Assembly: GCF_004010195.1 (NCBI RefSeq)
Contig: NC_057756.1
Span: 9,210,862-9,245,652, forward strand
Length of the DNA: 34,791 nt
From: Chiloscyllium plagiosum
Taxonomy: Eukaryota
Direction of reading: 5' to 3'
Shown one piece after another: positions 1 through 10,668 of the stretch. The first letter of the stretch is position 1. Each line of letters starts with the position of its first letter. The notes under the pieces were generated by a model that was not told the DNA's origin, did not search any database, and worked only from the letters and a program-made list of their open reading frames with translations. A program made the translations under genes and the position numbers.

Positions 1-19
1 ATTGGGGAGGGAGGGGGTA

Positions 20-250
20 TGTGGTTTGGGGAGGGAGGGGGTCTTTGACGATGTTGGATGCCTTCCCGAGGCAGGGGGAAGTCTGGACGCAGTCACTGGG
101 TGGGAGGCTGGTTTGCACGCGGTTTCGGTCAGAGCCCAACAGCAAAACCTTGCACCTTTCTGACGGGGTGAAAGGTCATGCCCGCGGATCTCTCGAGGTG
201 CCTGCAGGAGCTGGACATGATGCTACCACTGCATATCGGGTGTGGGGTTC
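20..250 (-). mobile_element. Decayed LINE ORF2 C-terminal fragment (L2/Rex-like)
   Basis: Reverse strand gives a degenerate 'CLGKASNIVKDP'-like peptide of the kind seen near the end of fish L2/Rex ORF2; heavily frameshifted. Recognised from memory, not by search. Confidence 0.35.
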
Positions 251-384
251 CTGATACAGGGCCCAGCTTTGAGAGGTGAGACATACAGGAAACCAAGGAA
301 GGGGCCACGCAATGTGGGTCCAATCCTGGTTGAGGGGACCACCAGAGAATCATGTCGCGTGATAGCTCGACAGGACAAAAGGAT

Positions 385-910
385 CAACACTCCCAGTTCT
401 ACGGCAGGGAAACAGACCCTTCGGCCCAAACAGTCCATACCGACCCTAACCCCAAACTAAACCAGTCCTGGCCCATCTCCCTCCAACCCTTTCCTGCTCA
501 TGTCCTTATCCAAATGTCTTTTAAACGTTGTCACTGTCCCCACACCCCCCACTTCCTCAGGAAGCTCATTCCACACACGGACCGCTCTCTGAGTAAAAAG
601 GTTGCCTCATGTCTTTTATAAATCTTTCTCCTCTCGTGTGAAAAAGGGCAACCCCTTCAAATCCCTCACGCCAGGGTAAAGACACCGAAACTAACCTTAT
701 TTATACACTTAATGATTTTTAAAAAACTCGAAAAGGTCACCTCTCAGCTTCCCACACACCAGTTAAAAAAAGTCCCAGGCACTCCTTACAGTTTAAATCC
801 TCCCAATACCTGGCAACATCTCGGTAAATCCCTTCCGAACCCTCTCCAGTTTAATAATATCCTTCCGATAACTGAGCGACCAGAACTGGAGAGCCTCACC
901 AATGTCCTGT
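385..910 (-). mobile_element. CR1/HER1-like LINE 3' end
   Basis: Tail motif 'gaaacagacccttcggccca' followed by the reverse complement of the CR1 ORF2 end, matching the many other copies in the window. Confidence 0.8.
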
Positions 911-1412
911 ACTGAGAGACTGCTGCCCTGTCGGAGGGTCAGTGCTGAGGGAGTGCCGCATTGTCGGAGGGTCAGTGCTGAGGGAGAGCCGCATTGTTGG
1001 AGGGTCAGTGCTGAGGGAGTGCCGCATTGTCGGAGGGTCAGTGCTGAGGGAGAGCCGCACTGTCGGAGGGTCAGTGCTGAGGGAACGCCGCATTGTTGGA
1101 GGGTCAGTGCTGAGGGAGCACCGCACTATCGGAGGGTCAGTGCTGAGGGAACGCCGCACTGTCGGAGTGTTAGTGCTGAGGGAGCGCCGCATTGTTGGAG
1201 GGTCAGTGCTGAGGGAGCACCGCACTATCGGAGGGTCAGTGCTGAGGGAACGCCGCACTGCCGGAGTGTTAGTGCTGAGGAAGCGCCGCGTTGTTGGAGG
1301 GTCAGTGCTGAGGGAGCGCCGCACTATCGGAGGGTCAGTGCTGAGGGAACGCCGCACTGCCGGAGTGTTAGTGCTGAGGGTGCGCCGCACTATCGGAGGG
1401 TCAGTGCTGAGG
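909..1412. repeat. 33-bp minisatellite, about 15 copies (GAGGGTCAGTGCTGAGGGAGTGCCGCATTGTCG)
   Basis: Tandem units visible directly; the 33-bp period explains the 11-aa periodic ORFs at 896-1511. Confidence 0.97.
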
Positions 1413-2173
1413 CAGGGACACATTTGTCAAAATAGCTGTTCAAACGTTTTCACTGGTGGGTCTCCCTTGAACCCGGGAATAATTACTGAACAAGGTGACA
1501 CTGAGATGTGAAGGAATTTCCTCTCAACGACTGTTTGGGATTCTCGACCCGAGAGGGCTGGGGAAGCTAGATCAAGGAAAGCATTTAACAATTGATGAAT
1601 CAGCCATGCACATACAGCAGGGTTGGCAAACCTGAGGGGCTGAATGGCCTCCTCCTCCTGCTATTTCTCATGTTGAGTCTGATGAAGGTGATTGAATTCA
1701 CTCCTCAAGGACCTGGTTCCAAGAACCTAGCTTAGATCTGACTGAAATATTAGTCGGCATTGTTCGTTTGGTGATTTCTCAAGCATTGTGACCCTCCCAG
1801 ATGGTCGTTTCTGAATCTCCAGCTCCCACATTCCTTCTAATTGTCAGCTCAATGTTCTGGCACTGTCTCTGAAGTTTCATGATTCATGTTGAGATAAAAA
1901 GGGGACAAAAAGGAAACATGTCAGGCCGAAGGCCAACAAAGCCTCCTGCTATCTTTTCACATCTGATACACTGACCCTTTGTCTAAATCCCTTCATCTCC
2001 CACCAGAGATTTCATCATCCTTCCTGCAACCTCTTGTGATTCAATCAGATTCAAAATTAATCTGCCATGTCATTACCTCTGTCTCTTAAATCTAAACCAA
2101 TGGTTTGGCAAATTGACTCTCTGTTCCGGAGACTTGAGCCCATGATGGTGGGGGCTTAAGGCCAGTCCAAAAT

Positions 2174-2337
2174 CTGAGGGAGTGCCGCACTGTCGGAGGG
2201 TCAGTGATGAGGGAGTGGGCACTGTCGGAGGGTCAGTGATGAGGGAGTGGGCACTGTCGGAGGGTCAGTGCTGAGGGAGTGCCACACTGTCGGAGGGTCA
2301 GTGCTGAGGGAGTGCCACACTGTCGGAGGGTCAGTTC
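2174..2337. repeat. 33-bp minisatellite, about 5 copies (same family)
   Basis: Repeated 'cactgtcggagggtcagtg(a/c)tgagggagtg'. Confidence 0.95.
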
Positions 2338-2736
2338 TGGAACTGTGCACAGTACTCCAAGTATGACCTTAGCTTCTGTGCAATATCGATGCTCTCAGTC
2401 CTTTCAGGTGAGCTCGAGCCAAGTTGAGGTCCACTCATTCAGAGTAATTTAGATCAGAAAGCACATCATTGAGAGTATCCTGGGAGGTTGGGACTGTGAT
2501 CTGAGCAGAGGACTGAATCAGTGAAGATTATATTCGCTGGAGTTTGGCAGAATAGGGGTGGGTGAGGGGTAGACTGGGAACCCCAGCAGAATCTCAGGTC
2601 GTAAATGGGAAGAACGCAGAAGGATATTCCTGACGACCGGGAAGTCCGGATCCAGGAGGTCTCACTCTCAGGGTACAGGGTCAGCCAAATTGGACTGAGA
2701 TGATGAAAAACGTCTTCACCCAGAGAGTGGGAAGCC

Positions 2737-2970
2737 TGTAGAAGTCTTCTCTACATTGGGGAGACCGTACGTAAATTTAGGGAACGGTTCTCCGAGAATC
2801 TCATCTGGTCTGCAGGGGCGACCAGACCTCCCAGTCACTGCCCATTTCTATCCCCCCTTCCCACTCCCTTTCTGACATCACCATCCTCCCAGTCACTGCC
2901 CATTTCAATCTCCCTTCCCACTCCCTTTCTGACATGACCATCCTCCCAGTCACTGCCCATTTCAATGCCC
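2737..2970 (+). mobile_element. Penelope-like GIY-YIG endonuclease fragment with internal 57-58 bp tandem duplication
   Basis: Reads (with frameshifts) LLYIG..RKFRERFSE...PVTAHFNLPSHSLSDMTIL, paralleling the GIY-YIG at 17470-18290; 'cctcccagtc' recurs at 2827, 2885 and 2942. Confidence 0.7.
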
Positions 2971-3462
2971 TAGAGAGGAAGAAAAGGACAACCAACTCCC
3001 ATTCCTAGACGTGATGGTACAGAGAATTCACCACTAAGGTACACAGGAAAGCCACACACACAGACCAAGTCCTGAACTATGAAAGCAACCACCCCAACAC
3101 ACACAACCCCCTCCCCTCCTGGCCTTTTGAGTAACCCCCAATTCCCATTGCTCTTCCAGTGGGTGGGGCAGAGGTGTGTGTCCATGCCTTCAGATGCCAG
3201 GGGCTATTCCTGAGGTCCGGAATTCCCTCTCTGAGCCCCTCCCTCTCTGCTCCCTCGGAGGGTGGGCCGGGTGTGGAAGCACCCTCTGGGATCCGACCCG
3301 TTTTCCCTGTCCCCTGGAGACGCTCCCTGTCGGATCTCGATCGGAAGAGGGCTCGCGTGAGGAGTCTGGGAGAGTTTCAGTTTTGCCAAAGGCGCTAGGG
3401 GAATGAAAAACAGTGCTTGTTGCATGTGTCTGAGCGCATGTCTGGGATTTATTTTAATGCAG

Positions 3463-3594
3463 TTTTGATGAATTCCGTCCCACCTCGTGGTATCTCCACG
3501 GTAACAATCGCGGCAGTGATAATTGGACTACTCGCTGTCTTGACTTTGGGGTCTGTTATCTATCTGAGGAAGAGGTCACACCATAATTACAGAG
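3463..3594 (+). CDS. Transmembrane exon of an unidentified type I membrane protein (Ig-superfamily/CEACAM- or MHC-I-like architecture)
   Basis: Acceptor ttttaatgcAG, donor AG|GTacgt, 132 bp, phase 1-1; encodes xLMNSVPPRGISTVTIAAVIIGLLAVLTLGSVIYLRKRSHHNYR: a hydrophobic helix followed by the basic stop-transfer RKR; unique sequence between repeats. Confidence 0.8.
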
Positions 3595-3879
3595 GTACGT
3601 AACCACTCAGCACTGCTCGGGTGGGGAAGGGAGCCCGTGATCCCTCCAGCATCATCCCGCTTCCATTTGGGCCCTTGGGGAATTAGGGTAGCAGGAGGCC
3701 ATTCAGCCCATCAAATCTGCTTCACCGAGACCCCAGCTGATCGGCCTCCCCACTCCGTATTATCCCCGTCCTCCTTGGGTGTTGCTCATTGTGGAAACCT
3801 CTCCCTTCCCCGTCTCTGAGCTGTTTGTTGGGAAACTCCAGCTTTCGGAACGCCGCTCCTTCCTCCACCCCCTCGGCAC

Positions 3880-4050
3880 CTCATTCCTGATGAAGGGCTT
3901 ATGTCGATTCTCCTGCTCCTCGGATGGTGCCTGACCTGCTGTGCTTTTCCGGCACCACACTCTCGACTCTGAGCTGCAGTATCTGCAGTCCTCACTTTCT
4001 CCCCCTGATTTTTAACTTTGTCCGTCCCAGTCCAACACCAGCGCCTCCAA
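3880..4050 (+). mobile_element. Penelope-like pLTR remnant (hammerhead core partly deleted)
   Basis: 'cctgatgaagggcttat...gtcgattctcctgctcctcggatggtgcctgacctgctgtgcttttcc' matches the tail after the GIY-YIG at 18495, with the GCCCGAAAC part missing. Confidence 0.7.
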
Positions 4051-4051
4051 G

Positions 4052-4695
4052 TCATAGAGTCAGAGAGATGTACAGCACGGAAACAGACCCTTCGGCCCAA
4101 CCTGTCCATGCCAACCAGATATACTAACCCAATCTAGTCCCACCTGCCAGCACCTGGCCCATATCCCTCCAAACCCTTCCTATTCATATACCCATCCAGG
4201 TGCCTCCTAAATGTTGCGATTGTACCAGCCTCCACCACATCCTCTGGCAGCTCATTCCATACACGTACCACCCTCTGTGTGAAAAAGTTGCCCCTTAGGT
4301 CTCTTTTATATCTTTCCCCTCTTACCCTAAACCTATGCCTCTCTAGTTCTGGACTCCCCGACCCCAGGGAGAAGGCTTTGTCTATTTATCCTATCCATGC
4401 CCTCCATGATTTTATAAACCTCTATAAGGTCACCCCCCAGCCTCCGACTCTCCAGGGAAAACAGCCCCAGCCTGTTCAGCCTCTCCCTGTGGCTCAAACC
4501 CTCCAACCCTGACAACATCCTTGTAAATCTTTTCTGAACCCTTTCAAGTTTCACAACATCTTTCCGATAGGAAGGAGACCAGAATTGCACGCATATTCCA
4601 ACAGTGGCCTAACCAATGTCCTGTACAGCCGCAACATGACCTCCCAACTCCTGTACTCAATACTCTGACCAATAAAGGCAAGCATACCAAACGCC
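4052..4695 (-). mobile_element. CR1/HER1-like LINE 3' end (well preserved)
   Basis: ORF 4333-4590(-) QFWSPSYRKDVVKLERVQKRFTRML...LNRLGLFSLESRRLGGDLIEVYKIM is the canonical CR1 ORF2 C-terminus, followed by the 3' UTR/tail. Confidence 0.95.
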
Positions 4696-4824
4696 TGAGA
4701 CTCTACTTCATTTATCTGAATTAAACTCCATCTGCCACTTCACATGTCAACTGGGAGAGGTTTTCCTCATCCCTCTACAATGCCCACCTTGAAGTCATTC
4801 TCCCTCTACCCCACTCCTCCCCCA

Positions 4825-4915
4825 CATTCCTGAAGAAGGGCTTGTGCCCGAAACGTCGATTCTCCTGCTCCTTGGCTGCTGCCTGACCTGCTGCGCTTTT
4901 CCAGCAACACACCTT
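4825..4915 (+). mobile_element. Penelope-like pLTR carrying a minimal hammerhead ribozyme motif
   Basis: CTGAAGA-A-GGGC-TTGT-GCCC-GAAAC-GTC at 4830-4857 (core, stem II, palindromic stem III, UH site), then the pLTR tail. Confidence 0.75.
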
Positions 4916-4988
4916 TTCTCTCTGAGCTGATTGAGCCAAGTATTGCTCCTCAGTTTGTTCTGAAATGACCTCTTCCGGCTCCTCCCAG

Positions 4989-5533
4989 TGTTATGGACCA
5001 GGCCTCAAAATATTTTACAAAGGGCGCTCTGCCCTTTTCTTATTGTAACGGTAGCTGTGAGGTGGATATTCCGGGTGTGATGCAGCTGGTCAAACCGCTC
5101 AGTGTCAAACAAAAACAAATTATTTAAACCCTACTTTTGAAACGCCAACAACAGAGAAGAGAATTTAGAATAACCGTTGGAAAACTGAACTGACCCGACC
5201 CAGTAACTATTACTAATTAATTGTTCCAGTCCAGTAACCTCCTGTCAACACAGCCCTTGACAAAAAGGTCAATTGAAACGCACATCCTTAAGAGCAGGAG
5301 AGAACAACATCCAGAGAGGGACTTCAGAGAGAGTCAGAGGAATCCCGAAGTTTGAAACCCTGCTGGACTCTCACATCTTGTGACTGCGACAGCTCAAAAC
5401 AAACAAAACAGCCGGGCTGGGGAGAACCGGCCTCTTTGTTAAACTGGACTCCTCACAACTTCTGCCTTTACGGCCTCTCTTGAAAGAAAAGGCTAAGAGG
5501 AAATAACCTTCTAAAAGTGGCAGCCTCGTGGCA
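4989..5533. mobile_element. Probable solo LTR
   Basis: About 545-bp segment bounded by TG...CA (tgttatgg ... tcgtggca) with imperfect terminal inverted ends; no target-site duplication found. Confidence 0.45.
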
Positions 5534-5654
5534 GTGGTCATGTCCCCCTGTTTCCAGGCTCGCGCACGGGGATAAGAGTGCACTTCCTGTCCGGGTCCCC
5601 GGGGCAACGAGAACCTCTGCCATGTTTGTGATTGAGAGCTCACCTCAGAAACGG

Positions 5655-5865
5655 TCACGATTTGGAGATGCCGGTGTTGGACTGGGGTGGACAAAGTTAA
5701 AAATCACCCAACCCCAGGTTATAGTCCAACAGGTTTAATGGGAAACACACTAGCTTTCAGAGAGTCACTCCTTCTATCACCTGATGAAGGAGCAGCGCTC
5801 CGAAAACTAGTGTGCTTCCCATTAAACCTGGTGGACTATAACCTGGGGTTGGGTGATTTTTAACT
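5655..5865. mobile_element. Palindromic Penelope-derived element (inverted pLTR arms) with hammerhead motif
   Basis: Arms of about 80 bp at 5695-5774 and 5786-5865 are near reverse complements; CTGATGA-A-GGAGC-AGC-GCTCC-GAAA at 5781-5805; same family at 20312 and 31844. Confidence 0.8.
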
Positions 5866-5996
5866 CATAAACAGTGTCTGATTGGCCCTCATCGATAGCC
5901 TTTGGGGAAAGCTATCTGCTCCCTTTGTCCTTCCAGACGGAAAGTTTTCAGTGTCACTGGGTCAAAATCCTGGCAATCCTTCTCTAACAGCCTCAT

Positions 5997-7345
5997 GGGT
6001 TTGGAAGGTGCTGCCTGAGGGTCTGGTGAGTTCCTGCAGTGCATCTTGTAGCTGGTACACACTGCTGTTACTGAGGGTCGGTGGGGGGAGGGAGGGGATG
6101 GTACACACTGCTGTTACGAGGGTCGGTGGGGGGAGGGAGGGGATGGTACACACTGCTTCACTGAGGGTCGGTGGGGGGAGGGAGGGGATGGTACACACTG
6201 CTTCACTGAGGGTCGGTGGGGGGAGGGAGGGGATGGTACACACTGCTTCACTGAGGGTCGGTGGGGGGAGGGAGGGGATGGTACACACTGCTTCACTGAG
6301 GGTCGGTGGGGGGAGGGAGGGGATGGTACACACTGCTTCACTGAGGGTCGGTGGGGGGAGGGAGGGGATGGTACACACTGCTTCACTGAGGGTCGGTGGG
6401 GGGAGGGAGGGGATGGTACACACTGCTTCACTGAGGGTCGGTGGGGGGAGGGAGGGGATGGTACACACTGCTTCACTGAGGGTCGGTGGGGGGAGGGAGG
6501 GGATGGTACACACTGCTTCACTGAGGGTCGGTGGGGGGAGGGAGGGGATGGTACACACTGCTTCACTGAGGGTCGGTGGGGGGAGGGAGGGGATGGTACA
6601 CACTGCTGTCACTGAGGGTCGGTGGGGGGGCGAGGGAGTGGATGGTACACACTGCTGTTACTGAGCGTTAGTTGGGGGGGAGGGAGGGGATGTTTGTGGG
6701 TGTGGGGCCAATCCAGCGGGGGCTGCTTTGACCTGCATGGTATCAAGTTTATTGAGTGTTGTTGGAATTATACTCATATGTCTCTCCTGACTTGTGCCGT
6801 ATAGACTATGGAGTCAAGTAGTAAGTTACACGCTGCAGGATTCCCAGCCTCTGACCTGCTCTTGTAGCCATTGTGCTTGTACAGTGAGTCGAGTTCAGTT
6901 TCTAAATAACAGTAACACCCAGAATCCAGATAGTTGGGATTCAGAGATGGCGATTCCATTGATTGTCTCTTATTGAAGACGGTCATAGCCTGGTATTTGT
7001 GTGACATGAATGTTACTTTCCACTATTCAGCCCACACCTGGATATTGTCCAGATTTTGTTGTATTTGAACATGGGCTGCTTCAGCATCTGAGGAGTTGCG
7101 AATGGTGCCGAACATTTTGCAATTATCAGTGAACATCTCCACCTCTGGCCTGATGATGGAGGGAAGGTCATTGATGGAGTCGGTGAAGATAGTTGGGCCT
7201 GGGATTTTAGTCCAGGGGCAAGTGGGGAGTATTCCCTCACCCTCCTGCCTTGGGCCTTGTCGATGGTGGGACAGGCTTTGGGCGGGAGTCAGGAGGGGAG
7301 TTACTCGCTGCAGGATTCCCAGCCTCTGACCTGCTCTCGTACTGA
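5997..7345 (-). mobile_element. CR1/L2-clade LINE ORF2 fragments (RT and C-terminal region), rearranged
   Basis: GPTIFTDSINDLPSIIRPEVEMFTDNCKMFGTI..IQQNLDNIQVWAE is a degenerate RT F/YADD region; the C-terminal part hosts the 45-bp minisatellite. Confidence 0.85.
6052..6690. repeat. 45-bp G-rich minisatellite, about 14 copies
   Basis: Unit GAGGGTCGGTGGGGGGAGGGAGGGGATGGTACACACTGCTTCACT; central copies are identical. Confidence 0.97.
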
Positions 7346-7425
7346 GGTGACGTTCGGACGTGTTTATTGTCGGGTTTTGCACTTTCCCGTCTGAAGTGGG
7401 TGTGTGTGTTTCTTGTTGTTTGCAG

Positions 7426-7482
7426 TAGCCAGAATCTCTGATGACTTCCGTGATCCCAGCTTCCCAGTCACCATGTCCAACG
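7426..7482 (+). CDS. Cytoplasmic-tail exon, in phase with the 3463-3594 TM exon
   Basis: Strong acceptor gtttcttgttgtttgcAG, donor ACG|GTAAGG, 57 bp, phase 1-1; splices to give ...NYR-VARISDDFRDPSFPVTMSN with no stop. Confidence 0.7.
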
Positions 7483-7659
7483 GTAAGGCACAGCTGGAGA
7501 CGCTTTCGGGTTTGCGTATGTTTGTTGTGTTTTGAGATCAACGGAGATTTATCCATGAACTCGGATCAGATAGCTGTCACCACCAGCTGACGGCCAATTA
7601 TCCATAAGGCACGTACTGTTCTGCTGTTCAATCTTCGAAGATCAGAACACAAGGGAGTT

Positions 7660-8320
7660 GGATTTATTCATTCATGGGAGTCTCTGGCTAGGCCCAGTAT
7701 TTTTTACCCAGAGGGCAGTTGGGAGTCAACCACATTGCTGTGGGTCTGGAGTCATGTGTAGGCCCAGACCAGGTAAAGATGGCAGTTTCCTTCCCTGAAG
7801 GACATTAATGATTAGATTAGATTACAGTGTGGAAACAGGCCCTTCGGCCCAACAAGTCCACACCGACCCTCCGAAGAGCAACCCACCCAGACCCATTCCC
7901 CTTTATTTACCCCTTACCTAACACTACGGGCAATTTAGCATGGCCAATTCACCCTAACCTGTACATCTTTGGACTGTGGGAGGAAACCGGAGCACCCGGA
8001 GGAAACCCACGCAGACACGGGGAGAATGTGCAAACTCCACACAGAGGGTCGCCTGAGGCGGGAATTGAACCCGGGTCTCTGGCGCTGTGAGGCAGCAGTG
8101 CTAACCACTGAGCCACCGTGCTGATACGAATGGAGTTTCCCGACAATCAGCAATGGATTCACGGTCATCAGTAGACTCTTCGATCCAGATTTTTTTTAAA
8201 ATTGAATTCCAATTCCACCATTTGCCATGGCAAGGGTTGAACCTGGATCCCGGGAATATCCCTGGGTCTCTGGAATAACCGTCCAGGGGTAATACAATGG
8301 TGCTCCATTGCCCCTCCTTG
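7660..8320 (-). mobile_element. Deu-domain SINE (SacSINE1-like), interrupted by an HE1-like SINE
   Basis: Reverse strand holds 'ggaaactgccatctttacctggtctgggcctacacatgactccagacccacagcaatgtggttgact', recognised as a Deu-domain; the head lies at 8130-8320. Confidence 0.65.
7811..8123 (-). mobile_element. HE1-like tRNA-derived V-SINE, full length
   Basis: A box TGGCTCAGTGG, B box GGTTCAATTCC, central V-domain, LINE-derived tail and (TCTAA)n end on the minus strand. Confidence 0.9.
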
Positions 8321-8369
8321 GACATTGTGCTCCAGTTGGACGGATCCCTGGTTAGATAGAGTCCTACGG

Positions 8370-8900
8370 CTGACCCTTTGGCCCAATCAGCTCATACCGA
8401 CCATAACCCCCAAACTAAACTAGTCCCGTTTCACTGCATTTGGCCCATATCCCTTTTCTATTCATGTCCTTATCGAAATGTCTTTTAAATCCCCCACTCC
8501 CTCAGGAAGCTCATTCCACTGGCGAACCACCCTCTGTGTAAAAAGGTTGCCCCTCAGCTCCCTTTTCAATCCTTCCCCCACTCCCCATAAACATATGCCT
8601 CCTGGTTTTGAACTTCCCCGGCCTAGGGAGCCATTCACCTTATCGCTCCCCCTGGTGATTTTATAAATATCCATTAGGTCGCCCATCAGCCTCGTACGAT
8701 CCAACGAAAACAGCCCCAGCCTATCCAACTTCTCCTTATAACTCCAGCCCTGTAATCCTGGCCATATCCCGGTAAATCCCTTCGGATCCCTCTCCAGTTT
8801 AATAACATCCTTCCTATAACGGGGCGACCGGAACTGGACACAGCATTCCAGAAGGGGCCTCACCAATGTCCTGTACAACCTCAACGTGACGTCCTACCTC
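8370..8900 (-). mobile_element. CR1-like LINE 3' end
   Basis: RLYRTLVRPLLECCVQFRSPRYRKDVIKLER...LGLFSLD...FTQRVVRQWNELP. Confidence 0.92.
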
Positions 8901-9019
8901 CTACACTCAAAGGGCTGAGCAATGAAGGTGAGTGAGTGCCTTCTTAACCACTCTATCTATTTGTGAGGAATGAGATGCTGGGACTAGAGAGATTTGCGTC
9001 ATAGGTAGACAGGGTGGCT

Positions 9020-9785
9020 TAAGGGGCAACGTTTTCACACAGAGGGTGGTACGTGTATGGAATGAGCTGCCAGAGGATGTGGTGGAGGCTGGTACAATTA
9101 CATCATTTAAGAGGCATTTGGATGGGTATATGAATAGGAAGGGTTTGGAGGGATATGGGCCGGTGCTGGCAGGTGGGACTAGATTGGGTTGGGATATCTG
9201 GGTCGGCATGGATGGGTTGGGCCGAAGGGTCTGTTTCCGTGCTGTACGTCGCTATGACCCGAAGAAGGCATTTAGCATCATTGCCTTCATTGATCAGCCC
9301 TTTGAGCGTAGGAGTTGGGATGTCACGTTGGAAACTGGTTAGGCCTCTGCCGGAATACTGTGTCCAGAACTGGTTGCTCTGTTATCAGAAGGATATGATT
9401 GAACTGGGACATTTTTAACCGGAGCTTAGGAGGTAGACCTTATGAAGATTTATAAGATCATGACGGGTATAGATAAAACGAACAACGTGAGCCTCTTCCT
9501 GAGAGTGCGGGAGCTCAAGACTAGGGGCACGTTTTTAAGGTGAGAGCAGAGAGATTTAACAAACACATGAGGGAAAACCTTTTCACACAAGAATGTGGTT
9601 TGTGTGTGGAATGACCTGAAGGTGGGGGGACAGTGACAACGTTTAAAAGACATTTGGATAAGGACATGAGCAGGAAAGGGTTGGAGGGAGATGGGCCAGG
9701 AGCAGGCAGGTGTGGGACTGGTTTAGTTTGGGATTAGGGTCGGAGTGGACTGGTTGGGCCGAAGGGTCTGTTTCCCTGCTGTAGG
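9020..9785 (+). mobile_element. Two tandem CR1-like LINE 3' fragments
   Basis: VVRVWNELPEDVVEAGTITSFKRHLDGYM plus tail ending near 9258, then a second decayed copy ending 'ggccgaagggtctgtttccctgctg'. Confidence 0.88.
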
Positions 9786-9929
9786 TCTCAGTGTAACTTC
9801 AGTCTAACTCTGAATGAGATGCTGAGAGACCATTTGGTCAGTGGGGTTAATGATGTAACCAGACAAAAGCACCAATGAGCTGAAGACCAACTCAACCTCA
9901 CATAGACACTCCAATTGGCTTTGGCAATG

Positions 9930-10305
9930 AGCTGCCTCCCACTGCAGGTCCACCATCAGTGAAACCTCCACTGGGAGAGTCCATAATGGTTTTAAGTTTT
10001 CCGTACACCCTTCCGGTCGCTGCTGACAATATCAGACTTTGGACGCATGAAGATCTGGTCCTGGTAAAACTGATGGGGATGGGGGAAACCAAAGGGTCAT
10101 CACAACCAGAACTGAAACCTTCCTGCACCCGGGGAGACCAGGCGGCAGTCGGGGGCGCAATATCATTGTGGGGCGCGAGGGTGACTGTCTGGAGCTAAGG
10201 TCACTGTCACACACTGGCTCAACTCCACCAGGGTCATCCGGGGCTCACCAAAACAAAGATGGCGGTGAGATGTTACTTTCTGGTGGCCAGGATTGGCTGC
10301 CCAGT
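9930..10305 (+). mobile_element. Gypsy LTR-retrotransposon pol fragment (integrase zinc-binding region)
   Basis: LPVAADNIRLWT...LWGARVTV..LAQLHQGHPGLTKTKM..WWPGL; homologous to 33633-33852. Confidence 0.8.
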
Positions 10306-10324
10306 CCTTTTGTGGTTCAGTGTT

Positions 10325-10658
10325 ATAGAACAGAGAGTATTCCAGCGCAGTACAGGCCCTTCGGCCCTCGAAGTTGCACCGCCCTGTGGAACCAATCTGA
10401 AGCCCATCTAACCTAGACTAATCCATTCTGACATCTGTCCTATATCTATCACCCCTCAATTTAAAGCTATGCCCCCTCGTGCTAGCCGTCACCATCCTGA
10501 GGAACAAGGCTCTCACTGTCTACCCCTATCCAACCCTCTGATTATCTTATATGTCTCAATTAAGTCACCTCTCAACCATCTTCTCTCTAATGAAAACAGC
10601 CTCAAGTCCCTCAGCCTTTCCTTGTAAGACCTCCCTTCCATACCAGGCAACATCCTGG
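10325..10658 (-). mobile_element. CR1-like LINE 3' end with internal deletion
   Basis: RMLPGMEGRSYKERLRDLRLFSLERRWLRGDLIETYKIIRGLDR. Confidence 0.9.
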
Positions 10659-10668
10659 TATCTTGTAG

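Noticed and set aside
896..1511. Three overlapping 175-189 aa ORFs
   Set aside because: Products of a 33-bp (multiple of three) minisatellite; open on both strands, with no splice or domain support.
3463..3594. TM exon as part of CADM4
   Set aside because: Opposite strand, and lacks the CADM juxtamembrane GSYLTHEA-type motif.
5882..6664. 260/216/150 aa repetitive ORFs
   Set aside because: Read-through of the 45-bp minisatellite.
8050..8123. tRNA-like A/B boxes (also at 16104 and 21743)
   Set aside because: They are heads of tRNA-derived SINEs, not tRNA genes.
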